From Malacoraja senta (taxonomy: Eukaryota): a DNA stretch of 64,000 nucleotides. The position numbers and the translations under genes are program-made. The stretch is from the NCBI GenBank assembly GCA_038087875.1, contig CM075995.1, positions 2,668,001 to 2,732,000 on the forward strand, read 5' to 3'. Shown piece by piece: positions 1-11,958 of this stretch (position 1 is the first letter of the stretch; each line of letters starts with the position of its first letter). Under the pieces are notes generated by a model that was given only the letters and a program-made list of their open reading frames with translations, did no database searches and was not told the origin of the DNA.

Positions 1-715
1 CTGGGACTCTTCTTCAGAGCAACGGGAGAAGATCTCATAGAACTGCCGTCGGATGGAGAAGGTCAACTTCTTCAAAGCAGGCAAGTCTTGAAGAGATTTC
101 GCAGTGAAGCTGTCAAGATGTAGTAACAAGGAACTGCAGATGCCGGATTCATATGAGTAGATGCTTGATGATGAGTGGAGATGCAATGAGCCAAAGATGG
201 ACACAAAATGTGGCCCAGGCAGCATCTCTGGAGAAAGGGAATTAGGAATTAGTCTGAAGAAAGGTCTCGACCCAAAGCGCCACCTATTCCTTTTCTCCAG
301 AGATGCTGCCTGAGCCGCTGAGTTACTCCAGCATTTTGTGTCCATCTTTGGCCCATTGCATCTCCACCCACCATTCATACAAATCCCAATTTAATGTCCA
401 CATTCCCATGAACTTCTCCGCCCATCTGCACAGCAAGAGCATCTATTTTATACAAAGGGTGGCGGGTATATGGAATGGGCTACCAGAGGAGATAGTTGAG
501 GCAGGTACGATCACAACATTTATAAAACCTTTGGACAGGTACATGGATGGGATAGGTTTAGAGAGATATAGTGCCAAATGCAGGCAGGTGGAACTGGTGT
601 ACATGGGGCATCTTGTTTGGCTTGGGCAAGTTGGGCCGAAAGGCCTGTTTCCATGCTGTATGACTCGATGCCTCTCAGTCAACTAACCAGCCAACCTGCA
701 TGTCTTTGAGATATA

Positions 716-1670
716 CAGTGCATTCAGAAAGTATTCAGACCCTTTCACTGTTTCCACATTGTTATGTTACAGCCTTATTCTAAAATGGATTAAATTCATT
801 TGTTTTTATCATCAATCTACACACAATACCGCATAATATAAAAGTGAAAACAGGTGTTTAGAAATTTTTGCAAAGTAATTAAAAAGAAATAACTGAAATA
901 TCACATTTACATAAGTATTCAGACCCTTTGCTATGACACTCAAAATTGAGCTTCGGTGCATCCTGTTTCCATTGATTATCCTTGAGATGTTTCTACAACT
1001 TGATTGGAGTCCACAAGTGGTAAATTAAATTGATTGTACATGATTTGGAATGGCACACACCTGTCTATATAAGGTCCCACGGTTGACAGTGCATGTCAGA
1101 GCAAAAACCAAGCCATGAAGATGAAGGAATTGTCTGTAGACCTCCGAGACAGGATTTTGTTGAGACACAGATCTGGGGAAGGGTATAAAACAATTTCTGC
1201 AGCATTGCAGGTCCCGAAGAGCAGAGTGGCCTCCGTCGTTCGTAAATGGAAGAACTTTGAAACCACCAGGACTCTTCATAGAGCTGGCTGCCCGGCAATC
1301 GGGGAGAAGGGCCTTGGTCAGGGAGGAGACCAAGAACCCGATGGTCACTCTGACAGAATTCCAGAGTTCCTCTGTGGAGATGGGAGAAACTTCCAGAAGG
1401 ACAACTATATCTGCAGCACTCCACCAATCAGGCCTTTATGGTAGAGTGGCCAGACGGAAGCCACTCCTCAGTAAAAGGCTCATGACAGCCCGCTTGGAGA
1501 TTGCCAAAAGGCACCTAAACAAGATTCTCTGGTCTGATGAAACCAAGATTGATCTCTTTGGCCTGAATGTCAAGTGTCACGTCTGGAGGAAACCAGGCAC
1601 CGCTCATCACCTGGCCAATACCATACCTATGGTGAAGCATGGTGGTGGCAGCGTCATGCTGTGGGGATGT
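716..1670 (+). mobile_element. Tc1-like (IR/DR type) DNA transposon, left half, with frameshifted transposase
   Basis: TA at 714-715 then CAGTGCATTCAGAAAGTATTCAGACCC; inner direct repeat AAGTATTCAGACCCTTT near 913-929. ORFs 1115-1444 ([19 protein letters not shown], paired-like HTH) and 1257-1679 ([32 protein letters not shown]) are Tc1 transposase motifs. Right half absent. Confidence 0.93.
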
Positions 1671-1696
1671 ACAGCATGATGCTGTACATCCCCACA

Positions 1697-2560
1697 TACA
1701 TGGAATTTGCCTTGGTGCTCCGCCCACAAGTAACAACATGACATACAGTGACAGTTACGAATGACTCAGAAAACACTAAACATTAATAATAATCAAACAT
1801 TCATGATAAAACACCATTGATCAAGCATGTGAACCAACAAAATACCAGATCAAAGGGAGGCTACAGATTTTTGGCTGTTGAGTAGAGCAACTACTCGTGG
1901 ATAAAAACAGTTTTTATGTGTGGCTGTGGCAGCTTTGACAGTCCGGAGTCGCCTTTCAGAGGGAAGTGATTCAAATAGTTTATTGCCAGGGTGAGAGGGG
2001 TCAGAGATGATCTTGCCCGCTCGCTTCCTGGCCCTTGCAGTGTACAATTCGTCAATGGAGGGAAGGTTGCAGCCAATAACCTTCTCAGCTGATCGGACGA
2101 TTCGCTGCAGCTTCCAGGTGTCGTGCTTGGTGGCTGAGCCAAACCAGACCATGATGGAGAAGGTGAGAACAGACTCTACGATGGCCGTGTAGAATTGGAC
2201 CATCATTGCCTGTGGCAGATTGTGCTTCCTCAGCTGCCGCAGGAAGTACATCCTCTGTTGTGCCTTTTTGACTGTGGAGTCGATGGTAGCCTCCCACTTA
2301 AGGTCCTTGGAGATGATGGTTCCCAGGAACTTAAAAGACTCCACAGATGTGACTGTGGTGTTGTTGATGGTGAGTGGGGTGAGGGGAGGGGGTGCTCACC
2401 TAAAGTCTACAATCAATTCCACTGTCTTAAGAGCATTGAGCTCTAGGTTGTTGCTACGGCACCAGGACGCCAGCTGTGACACTTCCTGTCTGTAGGCAGA
2501 TTCCTCCCCATCCTGGATCAGTCCAATCAGGGTTGTGTCGTCCGCAAACTTGAGAAGCTG
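1697..2560 (-). mobile_element. Rex1/Babar-type LINE, 5'-truncated (RT C-terminus + 3' UTR)
   Basis: ORF 1850-2344 (ESFKFLGTII..KKAQQRMYFLRQL..DPSHPG..LPS..R); KFADDTTLIG readable near 2520-2550 on the minus strand. Confidence 0.85.
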
Positions 2561-3314
2561 TAATTCTGCTCCTAGAACTTATGAAACTGCAGAGAATTCA
2601 TGTTGACATATAGATTTTGTTGGGTTTGGGTGAGTTTATTCTTTGTTTCTTTGGAAGTTGAGATAGTTTCTATTTCAATGTGAAGCAGTGAATAGAATAT
2701 TGCTCAACTTAATACCAATATATATGACAATATTCAACATATTCAATATCTCAACCAATATTTATGGGCCAAATGGCCTAATTTTACTCCTAGCCTTATA
2801 ACCTTATAACATCTGCTATTGCTCAAACATTGCGACTGTATTATTTTCAGCAAGGTCCTCGATGCATCTAAGAGACCAGCCACCAGTTAATTTGCACAGC
2901 ACTGTCTGTTTGATATGACTAGGAGTAAGTCATTCTGCTCATCAATCTAGCAGCATTATAGTGTTGGCAATAAAACGCTTGCTGGGTTTAATTCCAGTTC
3001 CTCATCTCTTAATATTCTTTAATTTCCTTTTATGTCGAGAAGCGGAAAAGTGTTGTTGACAAGACCGCGAGAACTCCCCGCTGCTTTTCCAATAGTCCCG
3101 AGTAATAGGATGCAGAAGAAGTAATAACATTAATGTCTAATCAAAGTTTAATATTTCCAACAACATGACAGATTAAAAAAAAAAAACCCAATAGAATTTC
3201 ATCTTCTGGGACCGGTTGCCGTGCTCTGAAAAAAAAGCTTGTTTTATCTTTTCAGTAGCACTAATTCATGGAATTAATTTCTTGTGGTCTATCGTTTGGC
3301 ACTCTAGCCCAGAA

Positions 3315-3850
3315 TATTACAAATGGCACAATTGGAGGAACAGCGCCTCATATTTCGCATGGCCACCTTGATCTCTTAAACATTTTAAAAACGTAAATAC
3401 TTTAACTCTCTCCCATTCCCATACTGACCTTTCTGTCCTGGGCCTCCTCCACTGTCAGAGTGAGGGCCAAACGCAAATTGGAGGAATAGCACCTCATTTT
3501 TCGCTTGGGCAGCTTACACCCCAGCGGTATGAACATTGACTTCTCTAACTTCAAGTAACCCTCTCTCTCTCCATCCCTCCCCCATCCTCGTTTTCCGCCC
3601 AGTCTCACTGTTCTCCTAATTACATTTTATCTTTGTCAACTCCCCCCTGGCTAACAATGATCTATTCTACATTTTCCTTGATCCACGTCCCCTTTGATTT
3701 CTCGTCCTCACACCTTACCCTTCCATATCTCTGTGCCTCCCTCTCCCGCGACTCTCCTGTCTGAAGTAGGGTCTCGACCCGAAACGTCACCCATTCCTTC
3801 TATCCAGAGATGCTGCCCGTCCCGCTGAGTTACTCCAGCATTTTGTGTCT
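3315..3850 (+). mobile_element. Penelope-like element 3' fragment (GIY-YIG tail, 3' UTR, pLTR)
   Basis: Homologous to the end of the 57.8-58.5 kb GIY-YIG ORF (..RKLEE.HLIFRLGSL.PSGMNIDF), followed by the GTCTGAAG..GGGTCTCGACCCGAAACGTCAC motif. Confidence 0.85.
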
Positions 3851-4339
3851 CTCTTCGGCACTTTAATCTGTAGGAGTTGCCACCGTCAAGTGAAGCAACT
3901 GACGGAGGCACTAGAAGGATTTAGGATCCAAATATCTGTATTGAAGTTCATATATATGAGAGGTTTGGAGGGATATGGACCAAGCGCAGGCAGGAAGGAC
4001 TAGTGTAGCTAAGCTGGGACATGTTGACCGGTGTGGGCAAGTTGGGCCGAAGGGCCTGTTTCCACACTGTATCACTCGCCTATGACTCATTGTTAAACGG
4101 GCAGCTGGAAGAAATACTGACGCCCCATCGATATTTATTTAACTGTTTATACTTGTATACAATAACCCCATTTGGATATTTGTATCCGGGTTACCTGTGT
4201 GTATCTGGTTCGGATGGGACCACTGCTTTCTTTGTTAATGCTCGGGGTCTTTATTGGTCTTTGCAATTGGCGTGTGTCCTTCATACTTGCGTGTGCAGAA
4301 ACATGTATTTCTCTGTTCACCTGATTTATACCTGCGTTC

Positions 4340-4700
4340 TGGCTATCATTCATACGCGGTCTTGTGCCCCTGTCCGACCCCGCCGGCGGCGCCGCAGATT
4401 GATGGGACTGTTCGCGGCGGAGAAGATAGCGCTCAGGGTATCATTCTGACTACAAATGACCGGGGTTGGTGGGGAGACTCTCATGGTCGATTACACTGTA
4501 CAAGAATCCCATGTCGCCATTGGTAAAGTCATAAAAAAATAAATTAACTTTATCAATCACGGTTTGTGGGCGACATCGGGGCAAGCCGTGTAAATAGCGG
4601 GTTATTTATGCACTCTGCCGTCTCGACAACACTTTAGTGTGAATGATGGGCGATCTTTGACATTCGTCGTATGATATGCAATTCCATTCCACCATCAAGC
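4340..4700. promoter_or_regulatory. Candidate enhancer / conserved non-coding element
   Basis: Non-repetitive, CpG-retaining segment with clustered PBX-HOX-like (AGATTGATGG 4396-4405; ATCAATCA 4552-4559), Cdx/Abd-B-like (GTCATAAA 4528-4535) and forkhead-like (TGTAAATA 4589-4596) motifs. Confidence 0.4.
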
Positions 4701-6159
4701 TATTGGGTGTATGTCTCCTTAGATTTCAATTCAAGGGTTCATGGACCCCCTGTGAACTGAACATAGAGTGTCAATAATTTAAAATATGTTGTTAATGACA
4801 AATAACTCATACAGTGATACAACGTGGAAACAGGCCCTTCGGCCCAACTTGCCCCCGCCGACCAACATGACCCATCTGCACTAGTCCCAACTGCCCGCGC
4901 TTGGCCCATATCCCATCTAAACCTTTCCTCCCCATGTACATGTCCTTTAAATGTTATGATAGTACCTGCCTGGACTACCTCTTCCGGCAGCTTAACCTTA
5001 AAGCCGTCACACTTTGTACAAATAAACTGTTACCCCTCCGGTACCTATTAACATGTTCCGCCGTCTCCTTAAACATGTGCCCTATGGTTCTCGATTCGCC
5101 AGACTCTGGGTAAAAGACTCTGTTCGCTCCCCCAATGTATTCCTCTCGTGATTTTGAGCACCTCAAACATAAGGTTCAGCACTACACGCTACGATCCCAG
5201 TTGTGGAGACACTGGTATCGTTGTCTCGTTGTAGGACATTGATCATTCTTTTTAGTCTGGATTTTAATTCACGTATTGTGTTTTTTTTAATATATAATTT
5301 GATGCTTTTATAAGTGATATACGAAGATTTTATATGTACTTTATGATGGTTTTTAATATGCAATGCATTTTTATGTAATGTTGTCCCTTGTCTGGACCTT
5401 GTCCGAAATAAAGTTTATTATTATTATTAATATTATTATTAATATTATTATTATAAAGTTACTCCTCATCCTCCTGCGCTCCAAGAAATAAAGTCCTAAC
5501 CTGCCCAACCTCTCCCTATAGCTCAGGCCCTCGAGCCCAGGTAACATCCTCGTAACGTACTCATCTTCGTAGTCACAGAGTCATAGAATGATACTGTGTG
5601 GAAACAGACCCTTCGGCCCAACATGCCCCCACCGGCTAACATGTCCCAGGTACACTAGTCCCACCTGCCCGCGTTAAGTCCACATTCTGCTAACCTGCCC
5701 AATCCTGTCCTATTCATCTTTCGCCTTTGTCACTCCACTCATCTCCACCCACCCCCACCCCCTCACGTATGAAACATAAAAATGCTGGAATAATTCAGCT
5801 GGTCAGATGCTACTGGATCAGCGATGCTTCGGGTCTGAAGAAGGGTCCCGGCCCGAAATATCGTCTGTCCGTTCGCTCCAGAGATGCTTCCCGACCAGTT
5901 GAATTACTCCAGCATTAATGTGTTTCACTCAAGACGCCAACATGTGTCCCCCTCACCTGTATCCACCAGCCACTTGCTAGGCTTTGGTCCGCCCCCACCT
6001 CCCTTGCAGCTTCCCCCACCCTCCCTAGTACAATCAGTCTGAAAATGAGCTCTGATCCCAAACGGCGGCTACACATTCTCTCCACACGTTGCCCGACCAG
6101 CTGAGTTATTCCAGCACTTTTGTGTTTTTAAGTCATTCGAATCTCTTTATGATCTGATT

Positions 6160-6520
6160 AGAAACATAGAAACATGGAAAATAGGTGCAGGAGTAGGCAA
6201 TTCGGCACTTCGAGCCGGCACCGCCATTCAATATGATCATGGCTGATCATCCAAAATCAGTAGCCCGTTCCTGCTTTCTCCCCATATCCCTTGATTCCGT
6301 TAGCCCTGAGATCTATGTCTCACCCTCTCTTGAATACACGTAGTGAATTGGGCTCCATTGCCTTCTGTGGCAGAGAATTCCACAGATTCACAACTCTGGC
6401 AGAATTGTTTTCCCCTCATCTCAGTCCTAAATAACCTACCCCTTATTCTTAAACTGTGACTCCTGGATCTGGACTCCCCCAACATCGGGAACATTCTTCC
6501 TGCATCTAGCCTGTCCAATT
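6160..6520 (-). mobile_element. CR1-clade (HER1-like) LINE 3' fragment
   Basis: ORF 6300-6518 DRLDAGRMFPMLGESRSRSHSLRIRG; 3' UTR ending in a (TTTCTATG)n-type tail. Confidence 0.85.
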
Positions 6521-7670
6521 CCGTAGATACTGATTAGACCGGTATCTATTTATTTACTTTATTAATGATTTCAATTAAATATTGTGGACATCAGACCGCA
6601 AACTTTATTTCATGAGTGTTGGTGCTGGACCTTGACTCGAACTTCCTAGTTAGCCGGCGCCTGAGACTGAGCCAAGCAAAGTCCTGACCCGACTTAAACA
6701 CAAAGTGCTGGAGGAACTCAACGGGTCAGGCTCGTCCAACGCTCTGTGTTTTGCTCGTGATTCCTGCATCTGCAGTTCCTCGTGTCTCCAGACCAGAGTT
6801 GTCACTTGACTCCGAGATGACCATTGGAGCATACGGAAGATAGATACGAAATGCTGGAGTAACTCAGCGGGACGGGCAGCATTTCTGGAGAGATGGAATG
6901 CGTGAAATTTCGGGTCGAGACCCTTCTTCAGACTCTCGTCCCGAAACGTCACCCATTCCTTTTATCCAGATGCTGCCCGTCCAGTATTTTGTGTCTATCT
7001 CCAGTATTACTGTGTTTATTATCGGTTACTCCGGTGTTTTGTGTCCATCATCGGTGTAAACCAACATCTGCAGTTCTTTCCAACACATTAGAGGATAGCG
7101 TCTCGCCATCACTCGGATTACCCGCGTCATCTCCATAACGTCGCCACCTCTCTGTAATTTGCTTACTGAAGCCTGATCCTTGTCACGCCCAGTGCTCTAT
7201 CGCCCAGCCTCTCATCTTTCAATCGGGTTCGTCCAGGAAGGAACTGCAGATGCTGGATTAAACCGAATAGACACAACATACAACCTGTAGCTCAGCGGGA
7301 CAGGTAGCATATTCGACCCGAAATGTCACCCATACCTTCTCTCCAGAGATGCTGCCTGTTCCGCTGAGTTCCTCCAGCATTTTGTGTCTACCTTGGGTTT
7401 ATCCAGGATCTCCCGGTTGATGTCCTAACTCCCTTTGGTTTATTATTATTGTCTCATATCGAGAACCAGCAGATATAGGTTTCAGGTTCGGGGGGAATGA
7501 TTTAATGGGAGCCTACGGGGTAACTATTTTACACAAAGGGTGGTGGGTGTATGGAATGAGCTACTGGTTAAGGTAGGTACACAAAAATGCTGGAGAAACT
7601 CAGCGGGTGCAGCAGCATCTATGGAGCGAAGGAGATAGGCAACGTTGTGTATTTTTGTGTACCTTCGATT

Positions 7671-8926
7671 TTCAATTCAATTCAATCTTTAATTGTCATT
7701 GTGCAGTGTACAGTACAGAGACAACGAAATGCAGTTAGCATCTCACCCAGAAAAGCGAACTTAGGAATAATGAGCAGTAAAATATATATATATATATGTA
7801 CAGTAGTATCAGTAGTGCAATTTTTCTGGGGGAAGGAGTGTGTGTGTGGGGGGGGGGGGGGGGTGACTGGCAATCGCCGAGGTGCAGAGTTCAATAGTGT
7901 AACAGCCGCAGGGAAGAAGCTGTGTCCTGAACCTGCTGGTTCGGCAACGGAGGGAGCTGTAGTGCCTCCCGGATGGGAGGAGGGTAAACAGTCTGTGGTT
8001 GGGGTGAGAGCAGTCCTTGACGATGCAGCGCGCCCTTCGCAGACATCGCTTGCTTTGGACACTCAATGGAGGGGAGTGAGGAACCAGTGATGCGTTGGGC
8101 GGTTTTCATCACCCTCGGCAGTGCTTTCCGATCAGAGACAGAGCAGTTGCCATACCATACTGTGATACAGTTGGTAAGGATGCTCTCGAAGGTGCAGCGG
8201 TAGAAGTTCACCAGAATCTGAGGAGACAGATGGACCTTCTTAGTCTCCTCAGGAAGAAGAGCCTTCTTGACCAGTGTTGATGTATTGTGGGTCCATGAGA
8301 GGTCATCAGAGATGTTGACCCCTAGAAACCTGAAGCTGGAAACACGTTCCACCTCCGTCCTGTTAATATGGATGGGGGTGTGCGTGCAGCCCCTAGACCT
8401 TCTGGAGTCCACAATGAGCTCCTTGGTCTTCTTGGAGTTAAGGGCCAGGTTGTTGTCAGCACACCATGCTGCTAGGAGCTGAACCTCCTCCCTATAGGCC
8501 GACTCATCGTTGTTACTGATGAAGCCAATCACCGTTGTATCATCTGCATACTTGATGATGGTGTTAGTACCATGTACAGGTGTGCAGTCGTAGGTGAAGA
8601 GGGAGTAGAGGAGGAGGCTCAGTACACAGCCCTGTGTTCAGGGTGAGGGTTGAAGAGGTGTGCTTGTCCAACCTAGCAGACTGGGGTCTGTTAGTTAGGA
8701 AGTCCAGTAACCAGTTGCAGAGGGAGGGGTTGATGCCCAGGTCGCTGAGTTTGGTGATCAGTTTTGAGGGGATAATGGTGTTGAATGCTGAGCTATAGTC
8801 GATGAACAGCATTCTCACGTAGGTGCTTGTGTTGTCGAGGTGGGAGAGGGCGGAGTGGAGTGCCGTTGAGATGGCATCCTCCGTACTCCTGTTCTTGCGG
8901 TAGGCTAACTAATAGGGGTCCAGTGT
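7671..8926 (-). mobile_element. Rex1/Babar-type LINE, 5'-truncated and frameshifted
   Basis: ORFs 8564-8818 ([26 protein letters not shown]) and 7891-8532; IIKYADDTTVIG near 8525-8560; short repeat tail at 7671-7686. Confidence 0.9.
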
Positions 8927-9237
8927 GGGAGATTTTCCAGCATCTGCAGTTCCTTCTTAAATACCGGTTAAGGTAGTTGAGGCAGGTACTATCACAATGT
9001 TTAAGAAACATTTAGACTGAAGCATGGATAGGATAGGTTTAGATGGTTATGGGCCAAATGCAGGCAAGTGGGACTAGTGTAGATGGGACATATTGGTCGG
9101 TGTGGGCAGTTTGGGTCCAAGGGCCTGTTTCCTCGCTGTATGATTCTATGTAGGGAATACAGTGGAAAAACTTTTGTTTGCGTGCTATACAATCATATCA
9201 GATAATGCTACACATGAATACAACCAAGCCACGTACA

Positions 9238-9269
9238 GTCTGAAGAAGGGTCTCGACCCGAAACGTCAC
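9238..9269 (+). ncRNA. Minimal type-I hammerhead ribozyme motif in a Penelope pLTR (representative intact copy)
   Basis: GT-CTGAAGA-A-GGGTC-TC-GACCC-GAAAC-GTC-AC: CUGANGA box, 5-bp stem II, GAAA box, palindromic ACGT in place of stem III, GUC triplet, short stem I. Same sequence at 10257-10288 and 63824-63855. Confidence 0.7.
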
Positions 9270-11000
9270 CCGTTTCTTCTCTTCAGAGATGCTGCCTGAC
9301 CCGTTGAGTTACTCCAGCATTTTGAGTCTACCTTCTGTATAAACCGGCATCTGCAGTTCCTTCCTACACATGCACAAGAACACCAGGTAGAGCGAAGAGG
9401 AAAATACCAGAGTTCAGAATATCGTTTTTCAGCGTTGTAGCATAGCAGTTCCAGGGAAAAAAGTCCAATGTCCGCATTGAGGTAGGCTGGTAGGTCGGGT
9501 CTGTGCCCAAGCTAATGGAAGGAAGAACCGTTCTGAAGCCGGATAACCGAGTGGAAGAAACGATTCCAGTTCCATTCACGACTTATCTGAAGGCCTATTA
9601 ACATAACAACGTCTCTCAATGTTAAATGTTCGATGTTAAATTGCACCCCTTCATTTCAACCCCCGTCATGTTCGCGCTCCTCTTGATCTCCGCGTCTTTC
9701 CTGGCCTGACCTTCGAAGTTCCCTCACCGTCCACATCCACTCCTTCGTCACCCATTCCTTCTCCCCTGAGCCGCTGCCTGTCCCGCTGAGTTATACTGCA
9801 GCGTTTTGTGTCTGTCTTCGGTTTAAACCATGCATCTGCAACTCCTTCCACAGTCAGGTCCCCAATAGCCCGAGCCCTCTCCACATTTCATCATCTCAAT
9901 AGTTCAGCTCAGCCTGAAGAAGGGTCCCGACCCGAGATGTCGCCTATTATCCATATTTTCCAGGGCTGCTGAGTTAGTCGCTCCAGCACTTTGTCTCACC
10001 GTCTTTTCAATGTTGGTCTCTTCGTCCCACATCCACGGCCAAACTTTTGGCCAAATGCTCTAATATCTCCTCACTGGATCTTCGGTTAGTTGAGGCACCG
10101 TGAGGCGTTTTTGTTGTTGTTTTACGACAGGAAGGAAGGGAATCTATGTAAATACTAAGTTGTTATAAATTGTGGGGCTTTTACTTGCTTGACGTGAAGT
10201 TTTCACCCTACCTTACCCTCAGTGCCACGTTCCGGTTATGCGGCGCACGGAACAGTGTCTGAAGAAGGGTCTCGACCCGAAACGTCACCTATTCCTTCTT
10301 CTCCAGAGATGCTGCCTGACCCTGCCCGAGTGACTCCAGCACTCTGTGCCTTCAGTTGGACTTTCACTGAATATTGAAGAAGAGGGCGTTGATCAGGGTC
10401 AACCAACGCGCTAAGTGCATCGTGTAGGAAGGAACTGCAGATGCTGGTTTACACCAAAAATGCTGGAGTAACTCAGCGGGACAGGATCTGAAGGAGGGTC
10501 TCGACCTGAAACGTCACCCATTCCCTTCCTCTCCAGAGATGCTGCCTGTCCCGCTGAGTTACTCCAGCGTTTTGTGTCTGCACACACATTGTTCTTATCT
10601 CTTGCTGCCATTACTTTAAACAAAGGCAGCGCTCGGCTATTGCGGCGATGCCCTTCAGATGTGAAACGAATGCTTCCACACGCACTGCCCTGACTTTATT
10701 CCTTTGTTTATCATCGTTACTTTTTCTGCGTATGTTTTATTCATTGTTCTGTATCCCACGACATCACCGTCTATATCTCTCGTTCCCCTTATCCCTAAGC
10801 AGTCTGAAGAAGGGTCTCGTCCCGAAACGTCACCCATTCCTTCTCTCCAGAGATGCTGCCTGTCCCGCTGAGTTGCTCCAGATGTTTGTGTCTATCTTCG
10901 GTTTAAACCAGCATCTGCAGGCAGTTCCTTTCCTACACTTTATTCCTTTCTTGGCGTCTTCTGGGCAAATGTTGCCTTCTGCACGAAAGGTCTTGGATGA

Positions 11001-11223
<223 letters not shown>

Positions 11224-11279
11224 AATGGTTTAGGCATCTTTTAGGAGATGCCATGGTTGACATTGGCATTGCCCTCTTG

Positions 11280-11924
11280 AGATCCCTTTGTGGCGAAGCG
11301 CGCTGACCGGTAACCCCGGGTTGACCGGTAACCCCGGGTCTTGCGGTCCGGTCAAGAGGAGATGATGTGGACACGGTTTCAGTTGTAGTTCTAGAGGAAC
11401 ATTGCTTCCGATCGATTTCTCTTATGCACTCCTCAGAAGAACTGGGTGCGCTCTTCACCATCATGGCTCCCAGCCTACAGGTTTCTGATCTGAACAACTA
11501 ACTTCTTCCCTATTTCTCTCCCCCCCCCCCGATTTCCCTCTCCTCCTCGGCTCTCTTGTTCACTCACACCTTCCCTCCCTCCCCCCCTCCCTCTCGCAGG
11601 GCTTGGTTCAAAGGGGGCAACGAGCCAAGCGGGGCGCGGTCTGAACCCTTTCTGAAAACGAGCACAAAGAGAAAAAAAAAGTATTGTCAAGAGCTCCAAA
11701 CTTCGTTTAAAATAAGTAAATGCGACCTTGGCTAATAATTTAAAAAAAAAACTTATACAAAACCAACACTCTACAAACTCTCTGTCTCTCACGATGCGTG
11801 GGGGTGTGTGTGTGGGGGTGGGGGTGTCGGAGAGAGGGGGTGTGGGTGTGGAGGGGACCCGATGTGAATGTTACCACTATAGGATGGCGAGGTTGGGCTC
11901 TGAGCTGCAGTGAGAGAGCAGAGA

Positions 11925-11958
<34 letters not shown>

